A stretch of DNA of 64,000 nt from an uncultured Nitrososphaerota archaeon. GTDB lineage: Archaea > Thermoproteota > Nitrososphaeria > Nitrososphaerales > Nitrosopumilaceae. The position numbers and the translations under genes are program-made. Positions within the stretch are counted from its first letter, which is position 1. Each line of letters begins with the position of its first letter. Below the pieces are notes generated by a model, which saw only the letters and a list, made by a program, of their open reading frames with translations, was not told the DNA's origin and searched no databases. Shown here piece after piece: positions 21,383-31,293 of the stretch. Where the stretch lies: the NCBI GenBank assembly GCA_963701075.1, contig OY969559.1, forward strand, positions 1,056,001 to 1,120,000. The letters run 5' to 3'.

Positions 21383-23149
21383 TCAAAATTGTTTTTCATC
21401 TTGTACAACTTTCTTTTGGCTGTTGTACATGGTGATAACCTCATTCACAGAAGTAGCGTTTTCTGGAGTTTTTTCAAATCTGATCTTCCCAGTAAATTTG
21501 GGGAAACGCAAGGCAAGACCGCTACCTTTTCGTATCTTGTCTAAAGCTGCCTTGTGAATGGGGCTCAGTGTAATCTCAGAAGCAACTACTTCAATTACAA
21601 CTTCTGGTTCAAACCATACGTCTGCTTCAAGGCCACTGTCAATTCTAGGATCTTTTTTGATTATGATTTTGTCAGATAATATTTGATAGAATTGATCCAA
21701 GCTCTCATCTGTAAATCCGGTTCCGACTTTACATACACTGGGATAACTATCTGTCTCTTCGTCATATGTTGACAAGAGCAATGCGCCGTATCTGCCAGTT
21801 CTTCGACCGCGACCATAAAATGCACCTACTACAACCAAATCTAGAGAATCACCCAACTCATTTCTATATTCGCGTTTTAGTTTGAGCCAATTGCTTGCTC
21901 TGGCACCAGCTCTGTATGGAGAATCAAGTTGTTTGAGCATCAGTCCCTCGCAACCAGAGTTAATGGCGTTTTCAAGAAAGTCCTCTACCTCGTCATCTGT
22001 TTTAACTAACATCATAGGCATGACTTTGACAAAAGAATTGTCATTTACAATATTTTCAAGTATGTGTCGGCGTTCCTTATACGACATGTCTAAACAGCTT
22101 TTACTATCTACAAATAATACATCAAAGAAATTGACTGTTATGGGATAGTCCTGCACGGCCTTTGCAATGTCGTATTTCCGTCTTCTATGCATGAGCTCTT
22201 GAAAAGGTAAGAACTCTCCAGTGTCTTCGTTTATTGCTACTATTTCTGCCTCTAATATGACTTCGTTAGCCTTTATGGATTTTCCAATCTTCTCCACAAT
22301 GTCAGGATAATAATTGGTGATATTCTCAAGGCTTCTAGAATAAAGAATGATCTTGTCTTTTTGCATGTGGAGTTGAACCCGTTCTCCATCAAGTTTGTAT
22401 TCTGCTGCAAATTCTGTCTCTATTTTCTCGTGAGCTTCCTGTGCACTCTTTACTCTCTCAGCAAGCATGGGACGAATCGGACTGAAAACTGATACCTGAA
22501 AACTCTTCAACGCACTGGCTCCATTTTTTGCAACAGCCTCTGCTACTCTGCCCAAGTCACTGCAAACATTGTACGCATGTTCTAACAGCGGTCTATTTTC
22601 TTTTGAACCCGTAAATGCAATAGATAGTGCGTCAAGAATAGTATAATCTGCCACCCCTAATCGTAGGTTGGCTGTAATTATTTTTGCAATGAATCTTCCT
22701 TCTGTGGGGCTAGCGTCATTTAATAGACTAGATATGTACTTCATCTTCATATCTTGGGACCTGTTCCCCTTGAGTGACGCTATCTTGAATAAAGTGTCAT
22801 AAACTCTCTCTACGGTGATGTCTTCCTTGAGAAAAGTTGTTTGTGTTTTTTGTTCTAAGATATTGGCAGTAGCCTGACCAAAATCGCCGACTTTTTTGTA
22901 TTCGTGTTCTATCTTCAATACTGGGACTCCTGTTGATTTCGATAGTGCTCTAATTGCGATCTTCTCGGCAACTCCAATTTCTACTCCTTCGTGTTCGGGT
23001 CTCAACTTGCCTTGAAGCAAATATGCCACCTTTGAAATTATTTCAGATGAAGTGATCTTAAATAAATCTACTAGATGCTGAGTCAGTTCTAGCCGTTTAG
23101 TAGTCCCCTCCATGTATCCTAGAGTGTCAGCAACCAACGAGAATTTCAT
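21383..23149 (-). CDS. lig: ATP-dependent DNA ligase
   Basis: PMLAE, EYKLDGER (motif I), EGLMLK, WLKLK and LRFPKF. Confidence 0.95.
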   Translation of the reverse strand: MKFSLVADTLGYMEGTTKRLELTQHLVDLFKITSSEIISKVAYLLQGKLRPEHEGVEIGVAEKIAIRALSKSTGVPVLKIEHEYKKVGDFGQATANILEQKTQTTFLKEDITVERVYDTLFKIASLKGNRSQDMKMKYISSLLNDASPTEGRFIAKIITANLRLGVADYTILDALSIAFTGSKENRPLLEHAYNVCSDLGRVAEAVAKNGASALKSFQVSVFSPIRPMLAERVKSAQEAHEKIETEFAAEYKLDGERVQLHMQKDKIILYSRSLENITNYYPDIVEKIGKSIKANEVILEAEIVAINEDTGEFLPFQELMHRRRKYDIAKAVQDYPITVNFFDVLFVDSKSCLDMSYKERRHILENIVNDNSFVKVMPMMLVKTDDEVEDFLENAINSGCEGLMLKQLDSPYRAGARASNWLKLKREYRNELGDSLDLVVVGAFYGRGRRTGRYGALLLSTYDEETDSYPSVCKVGTGFTDESLDQFYQILSDKIIIKKDPRIDSGLEADVWFEPEVVIEVVASEITLSPIHKAALDKIRKGSGLALRFPKFTGKIRFEKTPENATSVNEVITMYNSQKKVVQDEKQF

Positions 23150-23186
23150 CTGACGATTTTTACAAGCTGTAGGATAAAAGGTTGAG

Positions 23187-23489
23187 TTATTTTAGATGTA
23201 AATGTGTCTTGATTTTTAATCGTATTTCGGGAGTTCTTTTCAAAATGGTGTTATGAAAGTCTGAGGATTCTTCCAAATCTAAGTATCTCTTATTTCTCTT
23301 TAAAAACCCATCAAAGAAAACTCCACAGATATAGCCAATGTAAATCCCATATGCAAAGTCTTCAAGGTTAGATGTTACTGATACAGACTTGGACTCGGAC
23401 AAAACCATTTTTGGATAATCTAGTGCATATGTTATGATATCGTCAAGATTTTTTTCTTCGATCACACCCAAGCCCATATGAGTGCCCAA
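23187..23489 (-). CDS. Hypothetical protein
   Basis: About 100 aa ORF with a DFAYGIYIG helix. Confidence 0.55.
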   Translation of the reverse strand: MGTHMGLGVIEEKNLDDIITYALDYPKMVLSESKSVSVTSNLEDFAYGIYIGYICGVFFDGFLKRNKRYLDLEESSDFHNTILKRTPEIRLKIKTHLHLK

Positions 23490-23556
23490 ATTTAGCTTGT
23501 ATTTAGAACTTCTGAAATTCTCGTTCGTTTATAAATAGGAAATAGAGAGCTTGATT

Positions 23557-23865
23557 ATGGGTGGAGCAAAGAAAAAATCCCCGGCACAAGCAGAAAAGTC
23601 ACAGACTGCAGAAGCCGCGAAGAAGGATGGTCAAAAGAAAGACAAGAAAGAACAGAAACAAAGAACAAACATTTCTGTAATCATAGATGAAGGGCAGGCC
23701 ATGAATTTTATAAAAAACTCCAAGGTCTTCACCGTACAAGAATTATCCAGACAAACAAATGTCAAAGTGTCAGCAGCAAATGCATATCTGCTAAACTTGT
23801 TAAAACAAGGATCAATAAAGAGAATAGGCGGATATAGCGGACATCATATCTATGTGCCGTCTTGA
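23557..23865 (+). CDS. rps25e: 30S ribosomal protein S25e
   Basis: MGGAKKK basic N-terminus followed by a winged-helix C-terminal domain. Confidence 0.75.
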   Translation: MGGAKKKSPAQAEKSQTAEAAKKDGQKKDKKEQKQRTNISVIIDEGQAMNFIKNSKVFTVQELSRQTNVKVSAANAYLLNLLKQGSIKRIGGYSGHHIYVPS

Positions 23866-24236
23866 GATATAGAAAATATATCACCAGGTTTAATTTCTCT
23901 TAACGCTTCCAAGTTTGACGTTATTTTGCCAACAAGTGTCATAAGTTTGGCAGAAGACACATCTTCTAAAAAGAAACAAATCGAACCGTTTGATGCCATA
24001 AAGCCGACTTCACCCTTTTTGAACTGTGTTCTGAGTTTTTCACCACCTGCAGTGAGAGATGTATCCATAAATGCAATGGAATTGCCCATCATGTGTGAAT
24101 TGCCCTCAAGTGGTAATGCTCTCAGTATGGAACCGACAGTTTTTGGTGCAAGATGACGTTTTAATTCCAATCTCATCTCTGCCTTTCCTTTCAGCGATAG
24201 TGTTAGATCAATTTTCGATACCGATCCAGCACTCAT
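23850..24236 (-). CDS. Cyclophilin-like fold protein (TM1367/DUF369-like)
   Basis: RHLAPKTV..ALP and KGEVGF..SICFF. Confidence 0.7.
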   Translation of the reverse strand: MSAGSVSKIDLTLSLKGKAEMRLELKRHLAPKTVGSILRALPLEGNSHMMGNSIAFMDTSLTAGGEKLRTQFKKGEVGFMASNGSICFFLEDVSSAKLMTLVGKITSNLEALREIKPGDIFSISQDGT

Positions 24237-24288
24237 TTTTGAAGGAGAGTATTATGAAATATATAACGTTTCTTGCCGTTCCATCTTA

Positions 24289-24798
24289 ATGTCTGATGAA
24301 CCTGAGGAAGTTAGTGTAGATACTGAAGAGGTTCCAGCAGAAGAAGAACCCGTAGAATCAATTTTACCACGAGAGCCAGAACCTGTAGAAGTTGTGTCTG
24401 AGGATGGTGTAGAAGAAAAACCGGTAACTAAGAGAGGAAAGAAAGAACTCTCGCCAGAAGAACTCGCAGAACAGGAAAGGCTACAAAAAATTATTGCCGC
24501 AAGAGAAATTATCGAGGTAGATCCAGTACATATTCCAATAGAATATGAAACTACAGGAAAGGGCAAGATCATGATAGGTCCTCCCACACTTACACGCTTT
24601 GAAAAAGCTAGGATTCTTGGAGCAAGAGCATTACAACTTTCTCTTGGAGCTCCACCGTTCATTTCAGTACCTAAAGAAGTAGCAACCTCTCTTGATTTAG
24701 CTTACACTGAACTTGAAAAACGTGTCATCCCAATTACAATAAGACGCGTATTGCCAAATGGTGATTTTCAGAATATTCCAATTGATCTCTTCGATTAA
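24289..24798 (+). CDS. rpoK: DNA-directed RNA polymerase subunit K (Rpo6) with acidic N-terminal extension
   Basis: LTRFEKARILGARALQLSLGAP. Confidence 0.95.
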   Translation: MSDEPEEVSVDTEEVPAEEEPVESILPREPEPVEVVSEDGVEEKPVTKRGKKELSPEELAEQERLQKIIAAREIIEVDPVHIPIEYETTGKGKIMIGPPTLTRFEKARILGARALQLSLGAPPFISVPKEVATSLDLAYTELEKRVIPITIRRVLPNGDFQNIPIDLFD

Positions 24799-24893
24799 TG
24801 GATGATTTGTCGATAAGATTTTAATAGAATGTATAATTTGGTGTTTGGTAGAGTTTGTTGAGTGGAATTGAGGAAAACGTGCAACTAAACGAT

Positions 24894-25175
24894 ATGTCAT
24901 CCAATTCAAAAGATGGAAAATTGATCGCAATTAATCAACAACCAGTAATGGAGTGTGCACTGGACATTTTGACAGAATTGGTAAAACATAGGACCGTCAC
25001 TCTCAAGGCTAAGGGTGACTCCATACCTACAGCGGTGGCAGTGGCAAACGTGATAACTGAAAACATGATGAGGGGCAATTCTAAGATATCTGATATTGTG
25101 GTAGATAGTGAGAGCCAAGGAAATCACGGTCCGCTTGTCTCAATAATTGAAATAACTATAACCAAAACGAATTAG
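24894..25175 (+). CDS. Alba-family nucleic-acid binding protein
   Basis: QPVMEC, VTLKAKGDSIPTAVAVA and VSIIEITI. Confidence 0.75.
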   Translation: MSSNSKDGKLIAINQQPVMECALDILTELVKHRTVTLKAKGDSIPTAVAVANVITENMMRGNSKISDIVVDSESQGNHGPLVSIIEITITKTN

Positions 25176-25588
25176 AAAGTACTTCTTGGACCCTTGAGGA
25201 GCATGCTTTCGCATTCCTTGCATATTGCCTCGTCTATGTTTGATTCTAGCTTGTGATGTATATCACAGATCAAAAGACTTGATTTTATGTAATTGCAGAG
25301 ACCTATGAATTTTGAAAGGCTAGAAGGTGTGTATGCCATATTAGATGCTAAATTGTTACAAATGTCACTTATCATATCTGATACTTCCTTGATTGCAAGA
25401 AGCTTGTTGATTAATTCCGGATCGCCTCTGGTCCCTCTTACATAGTTACTAATTGCAGCTTGAGTTACACCTAGCATCTTTGAAACTTCCTCCTCTCGTA
25501 TTTTATGATCCTCGATGAGCTTTTTAGCCAAGATAGCTCTTAATGCAGGAATTAGCGTCTTTGTTTCAATTTCAGCAGGTAAAAGCAT
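25172..25588 (-). CDS. HTH transcriptional regulator (COG2522-like)
   Basis: LLPAEIE..LIPALR, LGVTQAAISNY..G.RG and C-terminal CDIHH/CKEC. Confidence 0.8.
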   Translation of the reverse strand: MLLPAEIETKTLIPALRAILAKKLIEDHKIREEEVSKMLGVTQAAISNYVRGTRGDPELINKLLAIKEVSDMISDICNNLASNMAYTPSSLSKFIGLCNYIKSSLLICDIHHKLESNIDEAICKECESMLLKGPRSTF

Positions 25589-25625
25589 ACGGTTTTTTCC
25601 TTTGTAAAATATTTAAAGCTAATCT

Positions 25626-25640
25626 TTATCACCGTGATAA
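25626..25640. promoter_or_regulatory. Palindromic candidate operator TTATCAC-C-GTGATAA
   Basis: Perfect 7-1-7 inverted repeat between the divergent regulator and asparagine synthase-like genes. Confidence 0.4.
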
Positions 25641-25671
25641 CTTATTTGAGAGATTACTTCAGATCAACTGA

Positions 25672-26622
25672 TTGCAAGATATTTGTTCAAGGTTACAGTC
25701 ACTCGTATTTGATGCTGTTAAGAGATGCAAAGCTGAAAGTATTTCTCTATCGGGAGGTCTTGACTCATCAATCATTGCATCTTGCCTTGACGCCAAAACA
25801 ACTCAAGCATATGTCATGGTAGCGGCAGATTTTCCATCGACAGACTTGGTGCATGCCCAATTGGTTGCTAAGCTGAGTGGCCTGAAACTAACCATAATCT
25901 CTGCATCTATTGATGAATTATTACAAGCAATTGAACAAACAATCAAAATCCTACATGTTTTCAATCCTATAGAGATTCGGAATAACGTTGTACTTTATCT
26001 TACAATGAAAAATGCAAAGAATGATGGTTTCAAGTCTATTATGACAGGTGATGGAGCAGATGAGCTTTTTGCAGGCTATCACTTCTTTCAAAGGATGCAG
26101 CAGTCTGAACTACAAAAAGATCTTGAACGAATATGGAAAATAATGCATTTTCCATCCATGTCGATATCAAAGGCTCTCGGAATAGCCTTGCAGGCCCCGT
26201 TTCTTGATGAGAAAATTGTAGAATATGCAAAATCAATACCGCCCGAACTCAAGATTCATGAAGAAAATGACAAAAAGTATGGCAAATGGGTTCTGAGAAA
26301 AACATTTGAGGGCATGTTGCCACAATCAATTGTATGGAGAGACAAGGATGCAATGCAAGATGGCTCAGGTACAAATGGGCTAACACATTTTTTTGATAGT
26401 TTAATACCAGATTCTGTCTTTTTGGAAAAGACCAAAAAATATTTGGAAAAAGAACAAGCCGCATTATTATCAAAAGAAGCGCTTTATTATTATGAGATCT
26501 ATCGAAGATACCACGATTATCCTGCTAGACTTGGATTGTCGAAAAATAAATGTCCACATTGTAGTTATTCTGTTGAGGAGGGATCACATTTTTGCCGCAT
26601 GTGTGGGGCCTTTCCTATCTAG
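25672..26622 (+). CDS. Asparagine synthase C-terminal-domain protein with C-terminal zinc ribbon
   Basis: SLSGGLDSS, TGDGADELFAGY, PFLD and CPHC...CRMC. No glutaminase domain. Confidence 0.8.
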   Translation: MQDICSRLQSLVFDAVKRCKAESISLSGGLDSSIIASCLDAKTTQAYVMVAADFPSTDLVHAQLVAKLSGLKLTIISASIDELLQAIEQTIKILHVFNPIEIRNNVVLYLTMKNAKNDGFKSIMTGDGADELFAGYHFFQRMQQSELQKDLERIWKIMHFPSMSISKALGIALQAPFLDEKIVEYAKSIPPELKIHEENDKKYGKWVLRKTFEGMLPQSIVWRDKDAMQDGSGTNGLTHFFDSLIPDSVFLEKTKKYLEKEQAALLSKEALYYYEIYRRYHDYPARLGLSKNKCPHCSYSVEEGSHFCRMCGAFPI

Positions 26623-26762
26623 TCCTTTTTCCACTTGTTGGGTTTCCTTACAAAAATTCTTTTGCAGCCGTGACAACAAAAGTAATATTTTTTTCCTTTA
26701 TACTCATGTTCTAGAGCAAGTTTCTCATCAAGCTCTATACCACAGACTGGATCTACTGGCAT
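26619..26762 (-). CDS. YHS/TRASH-domain metal-binding microprotein (47 aa, not in the ORF track)
   Basis: MPVDPVCGIELDEKLALEHEYKGKKYYFCCHGCKRIFVRKPNKWKKD matches the DPVCG...Y.G..YYFC...C...F...P signature. Confidence 0.85.
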   Translation of the reverse strand: MPVDPVCGIELDEKLALEHEYKGKKYYFCCHGCKRIFVRKPNKWKKD

Positions 26763-26800
26763 GTTTTGATTCGTCTGTTATTTGTATTTAAAACTTACAA

Positions 26801-27907
26801 TTACGGTGATAATTTACTAACAATATCCGAAAATTCTTTTTCACTTAAAACAGGAATCTTTGTTAATTCTAAATTCTCGTCTACATGAGAAGAGGATTTT
26901 TGTCCTACCAATGGTGCTATGACACCTGGGGTAGACCTAACAAATTGAATTGCTCTGTGAGATGCTCGTGTTAATTCTCCAAACTCAGGTAAGACATTTG
27001 GGCCTAGAAGTTTTGCCTGCATTAGGGGAACGCTTGTAAAAACTCCTATTCCAAGCTTGGTTGCAGCCTCAAAAATATTGAGTGTTATGCCGTCTTGTGT
27101 TTGATTCTTCATGGTCAGAGCTTGATCAAGATACATATTGTATGGAAGTTGGATGAACTTGAATCCATTTTCAGAACCACCTATGTCTCTTGCTATCTTA
27201 ACAATGTCAAAAATAGAGAGATACTGCGGGTGTTCTTGTGGTACTCTAAAGCAATCCCATGTGGCCATACCGTAGTATCTTATTGTTCCGGACTTTCTTT
27301 GATTTTCGTAAAACTCAAACACGTCTCCAAGTTTTTTCATGAATTCCTCTTTTGACATGTCTTGGAGCTGTCCTTCAGCAGCATTGTGCAGATACATCAA
27401 GTCAATGCACTCTAGTCCCAAATTCTTGAGACTCCTGTTTAATTGATCTTGAAGATATGGTATTGTCATGCAGTGATATCCAGAAGAGATGTCCCCCGAT
27501 TTGATTATGTTAGATTTTACAAGGGTATTTTGAATATTCTGCCAAAATTCTTCTTTTACATCGCCGTCATTTGTTATGTAGCCATTCTTTGTACTTATGA
27601 ATAATTGATCCCTTTTTGCCTTGTTCTTTTCAATCAGTTGAGCAATTGCTTTACCTACTGATCTTTCAGCCTTCTGTGATCTATAATTAATAGCGGTATC
27701 TATTACGTTTACACCCAAAGTGGTTGATTTTATCACCGCATCCTTGACTAGTACGTCAGTCATATCGTCTGGATTTCCAAGATACGTGCCTATCCCAATA
27801 GATGATAACGTTAACCCATCGAATTGTTTGAAGTGATTTTTTGCAACATTTGGATGATTCTTTGCAAACTCGGCTGTCCCTTCTGGTGTGGCATGTCCCG
27901 TTATCAC
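26801..27907 (-). CDS. Aldo/keto reductase
   Basis: GIGTYLG, IDTAINY, ISTKNG and IDLMYLHN. Confidence 0.85.
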   Translation of the reverse strand: MITGHATPEGTAEFAKNHPNVAKNHFKQFDGLTLSSIGIGTYLGNPDDMTDVLVKDAVIKSTTLGVNVIDTAINYRSQKAERSVGKAIAQLIEKNKAKRDQLFISTKNGYITNDGDVKEEFWQNIQNTLVKSNIIKSGDISSGYHCMTIPYLQDQLNRSLKNLGLECIDLMYLHNAAEGQLQDMSKEEFMKKLGDVFEFYENQRKSGTIRYYGMATWDCFRVPQEHPQYLSIFDIVKIARDIGGSENGFKFIQLPYNMYLDQALTMKNQTQDGITLNIFEAATKLGIGVFTSVPLMQAKLLGPNVLPEFGELTRASHRAIQFVRSTPGVIAPLVGQKSSSHVDENLELTKIPVLSEKEFSDIVSKLSP

Positions 27908-27937
27908 AAAATGACTTTAGATATGGTTGATTTAATT

Positions 27938-28840
27938 CTACTGAACAATTTTCATGAGATAGTCTACAACAAAGCTTAGAACAAGTAAAACACCGGTGAT
28001 TCTGCTGTATGATACAAAGTTTTTCATTATAGGAACAAATTCTTCTACCTGATCAAATTTTTGTTTCAAGGCCATGCCGGATTTTATTACAATGGGTATG
28101 GTAACAAGTGTGACAAGAGATACAGCTGGAAAGAGGCGTAATGCAACTGCAGTTATGATTACCCCGTATGATATGACTGGAAAAATCCATATGCTCGAAG
28201 CTGCCTTTGCTCTTCCAAGTAGTATGACAAGCGTCTTTCTTCCGTGAGATTTGTCTGCATCATGATCTGGAAATGAATTTACAAAGAGAACCGTTGATGA
28301 TAAAACTCCCGAGACTATGCCTGCAAGTATGGGCTCGGCGGTTATATGGGCGGCCTGCACAAAGTATGTTCCAAGCACTATCATTGCACCTTTGATGGCA
28401 ACAAAGACTTCGCCCAGACCTGAATCAACTATTCTTGTAGAATAAAAATAGATTGAAATAATTGCAAATCCCAAAATTATTGCAATTGTTATGCCTCTTT
28501 CAAATACAAAATATGCCCCAATTAGTGCGCCAACAACCAGTAAAATAATTCCTGCACGATAGACTTCAGATGGGTTGAGCAATCCCTCTGGTAAAACTCC
28601 GGTACCTCCACTGAACTTAGTTCTCTTAGTTTCTGTATCTATCTTTCTTTTATAATCCCAATAATCATTGAGTAGATCCACACTTGCATGTAGTGCCACG
28701 ACACCTGCTAATGTTAACACGGCAAATTCTATGTTGATAGTTGTATTTTGCCACCAATTTATGGCGAGACCAAGAAAGACTGAGATTATTGACGCAAGTA
28801 AAAATTTGATTCTAACTATACGTAGCCAGGATGACAGCAT
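27938..28840 (-). CDS. UbiA/MenA-family prenyltransferase
   Basis: NDYWDYKRKID and NSFPDHDADKSHGRKTL motifs; multi-pass membrane protein. Confidence 0.85.
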   Translation of the reverse strand: MLSSWLRIVRIKFLLASIISVFLGLAINWWQNTTINIEFAVLTLAGVVALHASVDLLNDYWDYKRKIDTETKRTKFSGGTGVLPEGLLNPSEVYRAGIILLVVGALIGAYFVFERGITIAIILGFAIISIYFYSTRIVDSGLGEVFVAIKGAMIVLGTYFVQAAHITAEPILAGIVSGVLSSTVLFVNSFPDHDADKSHGRKTLVILLGRAKAASSIWIFPVISYGVIITAVALRLFPAVSLVTLVTIPIVIKSGMALKQKFDQVEEFVPIMKNFVSYSRITGVLLVLSFVVDYLMKIVQ

Positions 28841-28905
28841 TATGTAATGTTCAGATATATGGTCTATTTCGGTATATTGTCTGTACTGGGAGAGATAGTA
28901 GTTGG

Positions 28906-29316
28906 TTAGCGTAATTTTTCCAAGTCTACATTTTCTACTGGCTTTCTGCCGTTGAAGCCTTCATCCTTTCCATGCCAAAACTTGATCTCAGTTTCACCTT
29001 CTTTCCAACAAAGCCATATTTCTTCATTAAATCGAAGTGATGGAAAATCCAACAATCCTTCATCTATGCTTTTTATGGTTATCCCAGAACTCTCCATATC
29101 TTCTATTGCTTTATAAAAACTTGAGATTGCTGTATTGAGTTCTTGTTTCTTGAGGGCATATTCTTTGAAACTAGACATGTATTTGGGATTTGTTTCCATC
29201 TCGGTTTGTATTCTTATGACTTCATTTTTCAAATTTACCAGATCTTTAAATTTCTTAATTACGGAAGGAAGCATTGCATTTGCCTCTTTTAGAGTAAAAT
29301 GAGAAAACATTACCAA
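28906..29316 (-). CDS. DUF2203 family protein
   Basis: FTLKEAN..LP, GLLDFPS, LCWKEGE and WHG..EGF.GRKP. Confidence 0.8.
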   Translation of the reverse strand: MVMFSHFTLKEANAMLPSVIKKFKDLVNLKNEVIRIQTEMETNPKYMSSFKEYALKKQELNTAISSFYKAIEDMESSGITIKSIDEGLLDFPSLRFNEEIWLCWKEGETEIKFWHGKDEGFNGRKPVENVDLEKLR

Positions 29317-29343
29317 ACTAGCACGATGGCCCAGTTAAAAGTA

Positions 29344-30189
29344 TTAAGTCTCATTCAGGGATGATATTACTTCAGCAATCATTCTTGATGCCAAGTGGGA
29401 TGTTCTGTCCTTGATGTCGTAACCTGGACAAACTTCCATGATATCAAATCCAACAATCCCTTTCTTTGCTATTGATTTGAGAAGGTATAGCGTCTCGAGA
29501 TTTCCAAGTCCTAATGGAACAGGAACCGAGACTCCGGGGGCATAAGCAGGATCAATCGCGTCCATGTCTACTGAGACATATGTGTTTTTTCCAATCTTGT
29601 CAAGTATGGTTCTGTCAATTTCTGTAATGCCGTTTTTGAGAATATCAAGAGGAGTTATTACCGATAAATTATATTTTTTGATATTGTCTATTTCTTCTTG
29701 TTCTGGAGTTCTTATCCCTATCTGGACACTTGATTTTGTATCTATGTCAGGCAAGACATCATGCAAGACAGAGCCGTAATAACCACTGGAAGAACTAATA
29801 AAATCTGGATGGGCGTCAAAATAGACAAGAGATATTGGACCGTATCTTTTGGATAATGATTTGATGATTTCTGTAGAAACAGAATGATCGCCACCCATAG
29901 TTATGGGAATTTTTGATTTTGAAACTATCTTACTTATCACGTCATTAACTTCAGTCCTTAGTATATTTCCATAATCGTACACTTTCTTGTTTATGCCGCC
30001 AAGCGGATATCCGGCAGAAATCTCATTGCCTCTCTTGTATGTGTCTCTTATGTTGGAGATTTCTCTTATCTTATGAGGTGCTTCCGAAGTCCCTTTACGC
30101 AGTGAATGTGATTTTGATTCGTCAGGTACTCCTAAAATTACAACATTTGATTCGTCATAATCTTCAGTATTTGCCCAACATATTCTCAT
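29344..30189 (-). CDS. Arginase/agmatinase (ureohydrolase) family protein
   Basis: GGDHS, DAHPD and SVDMDAIDPAYAPG metal-binding motifs. Confidence 0.85.
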   Translation of the reverse strand: MRICWANTEDYDESNVVILGVPDESKSHSLRKGTSEAPHKIREISNIRDTYKRGNEISAGYPLGGINKKVYDYGNILRTEVNDVISKIVSKSKIPITMGGDHSVSTEIIKSLSKRYGPISLVYFDAHPDFISSSSGYYGSVLHDVLPDIDTKSSVQIGIRTPEQEEIDNIKKYNLSVITPLDILKNGITEIDRTILDKIGKNTYVSVDMDAIDPAYAPGVSVPVPLGLGNLETLYLLKSIAKKGIVGFDIMEVCPGYDIKDRTSHLASRMIAEVISSLNET

Positions 30190-30257
30190 TCTTATACTCT
30201 CAATTTGTAATTATAAAAACTGACTAGTAAACACGCAAGTATGATGATGCAGCATGG

Positions 30258-31256
30258 TTAGACTTGATAAGACATGTCTCCAACCAGTAATCTCTGTGTC
30301 TTTCCCTTGCTGAGAACTAACAACGCCCCGTCGCTATCTATTCCTACGGCCTTTCCTTTTATTTCTCCGCTAGGGTGTGATATCCTGACATTTCTTCCTA
30401 TGGTTGAAGATCTTTTTTCCCACTCACTTTTGATTCCATGGAAATTGTTTGTAACTAGTTTGTTGTATAGTTGTTCAAGTTCATAGAGAAATGTTTGAAG
30501 CAACAGCACGGGGTCGGCCTTTTCTTTTTTTCCAACCAGTGTTGTCAAGCCGTAAAAATTCTCAGAATTCTTAACAATCTTAGTTATCGTACTAGGTTGA
30601 ATCTTGAAATTTATTCCAACGCCTATGACTAGGTAATCTATTTGATTAGATTCAATGGATGCGTCAACTAGTATGCCAGCTACTTTCTTATCATCTAGAG
30701 TAAGGTCATTTGGCCACTTTAATTTGGGCCTTAACCTCAATACTTTTTCTATAGACACGGCAAGAGCAAGTGAGGTCAGCATAGGAAACAGCGAAGCTTG
30801 AGAGATTTCGAAATTTGGCTTGAGAAGAACTGATAGCCATATGCCCCCTCTCGGAGATACCCATTTCCTATTTTGTCTTCCTCTACCCCGTGTCTGCTGT
30901 TCAGATATTACAATAGAGCCATTCTCATGTGGCTTTGAAGCCAGCTTTAATGCAAAACTCTGTGTTGAATCGATTGTGTTAAAATAATATATTTTTCTTC
31001 CAATAGTTTCTGTTTGCAGTCCATCTGAAATTTCCCATGGCAACATTAGATTTGTCTTGTCAATTAGTCTGTATCCCGATTTCTGCTTTGATCTTATTTT
31101 GTAACCTAGGGACTGGAGTTTTTTTATATTCTTCCAGACTGCAGCTCTACTAAGTCCTAATGACTTGCTAAGTTCTTCTCCAGAAAGAAACTCTGATTGA
31201 TGAGATTTTAGTAGTCTGACTATCTTGTCAAGAGTGTCATCAAATGAAGTGTACAT
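30258..31256 (-). CDS. birA: Biotin--protein ligase with N-terminal HTH
   Basis: SGEELSKSLGLSRAAVWK HTH, QTRGRGR, KWPND and KVAGIL. Confidence 0.9.
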   Translation of the reverse strand: MYTSFDDTLDKIVRLLKSHQSEFLSGEELSKSLGLSRAAVWKNIKKLQSLGYKIRSKQKSGYRLIDKTNLMLPWEISDGLQTETIGRKIYYFNTIDSTQSFALKLASKPHENGSIVISEQQTRGRGRQNRKWVSPRGGIWLSVLLKPNFEISQASLFPMLTSLALAVSIEKVLRLRPKLKWPNDLTLDDKKVAGILVDASIESNQIDYLVIGVGINFKIQPSTITKIVKNSENFYGLTTLVGKKEKADPVLLLQTFLYELEQLYNKLVTNNFHGIKSEWEKRSSTIGRNVRISHPSGEIKGKAVGIDSDGALLVLSKGKTQRLLVGDMSYQV

Positions 31257-31293
31257 GTGTTGTTTATTTGACAAATTAGCATTACATGGAGTT

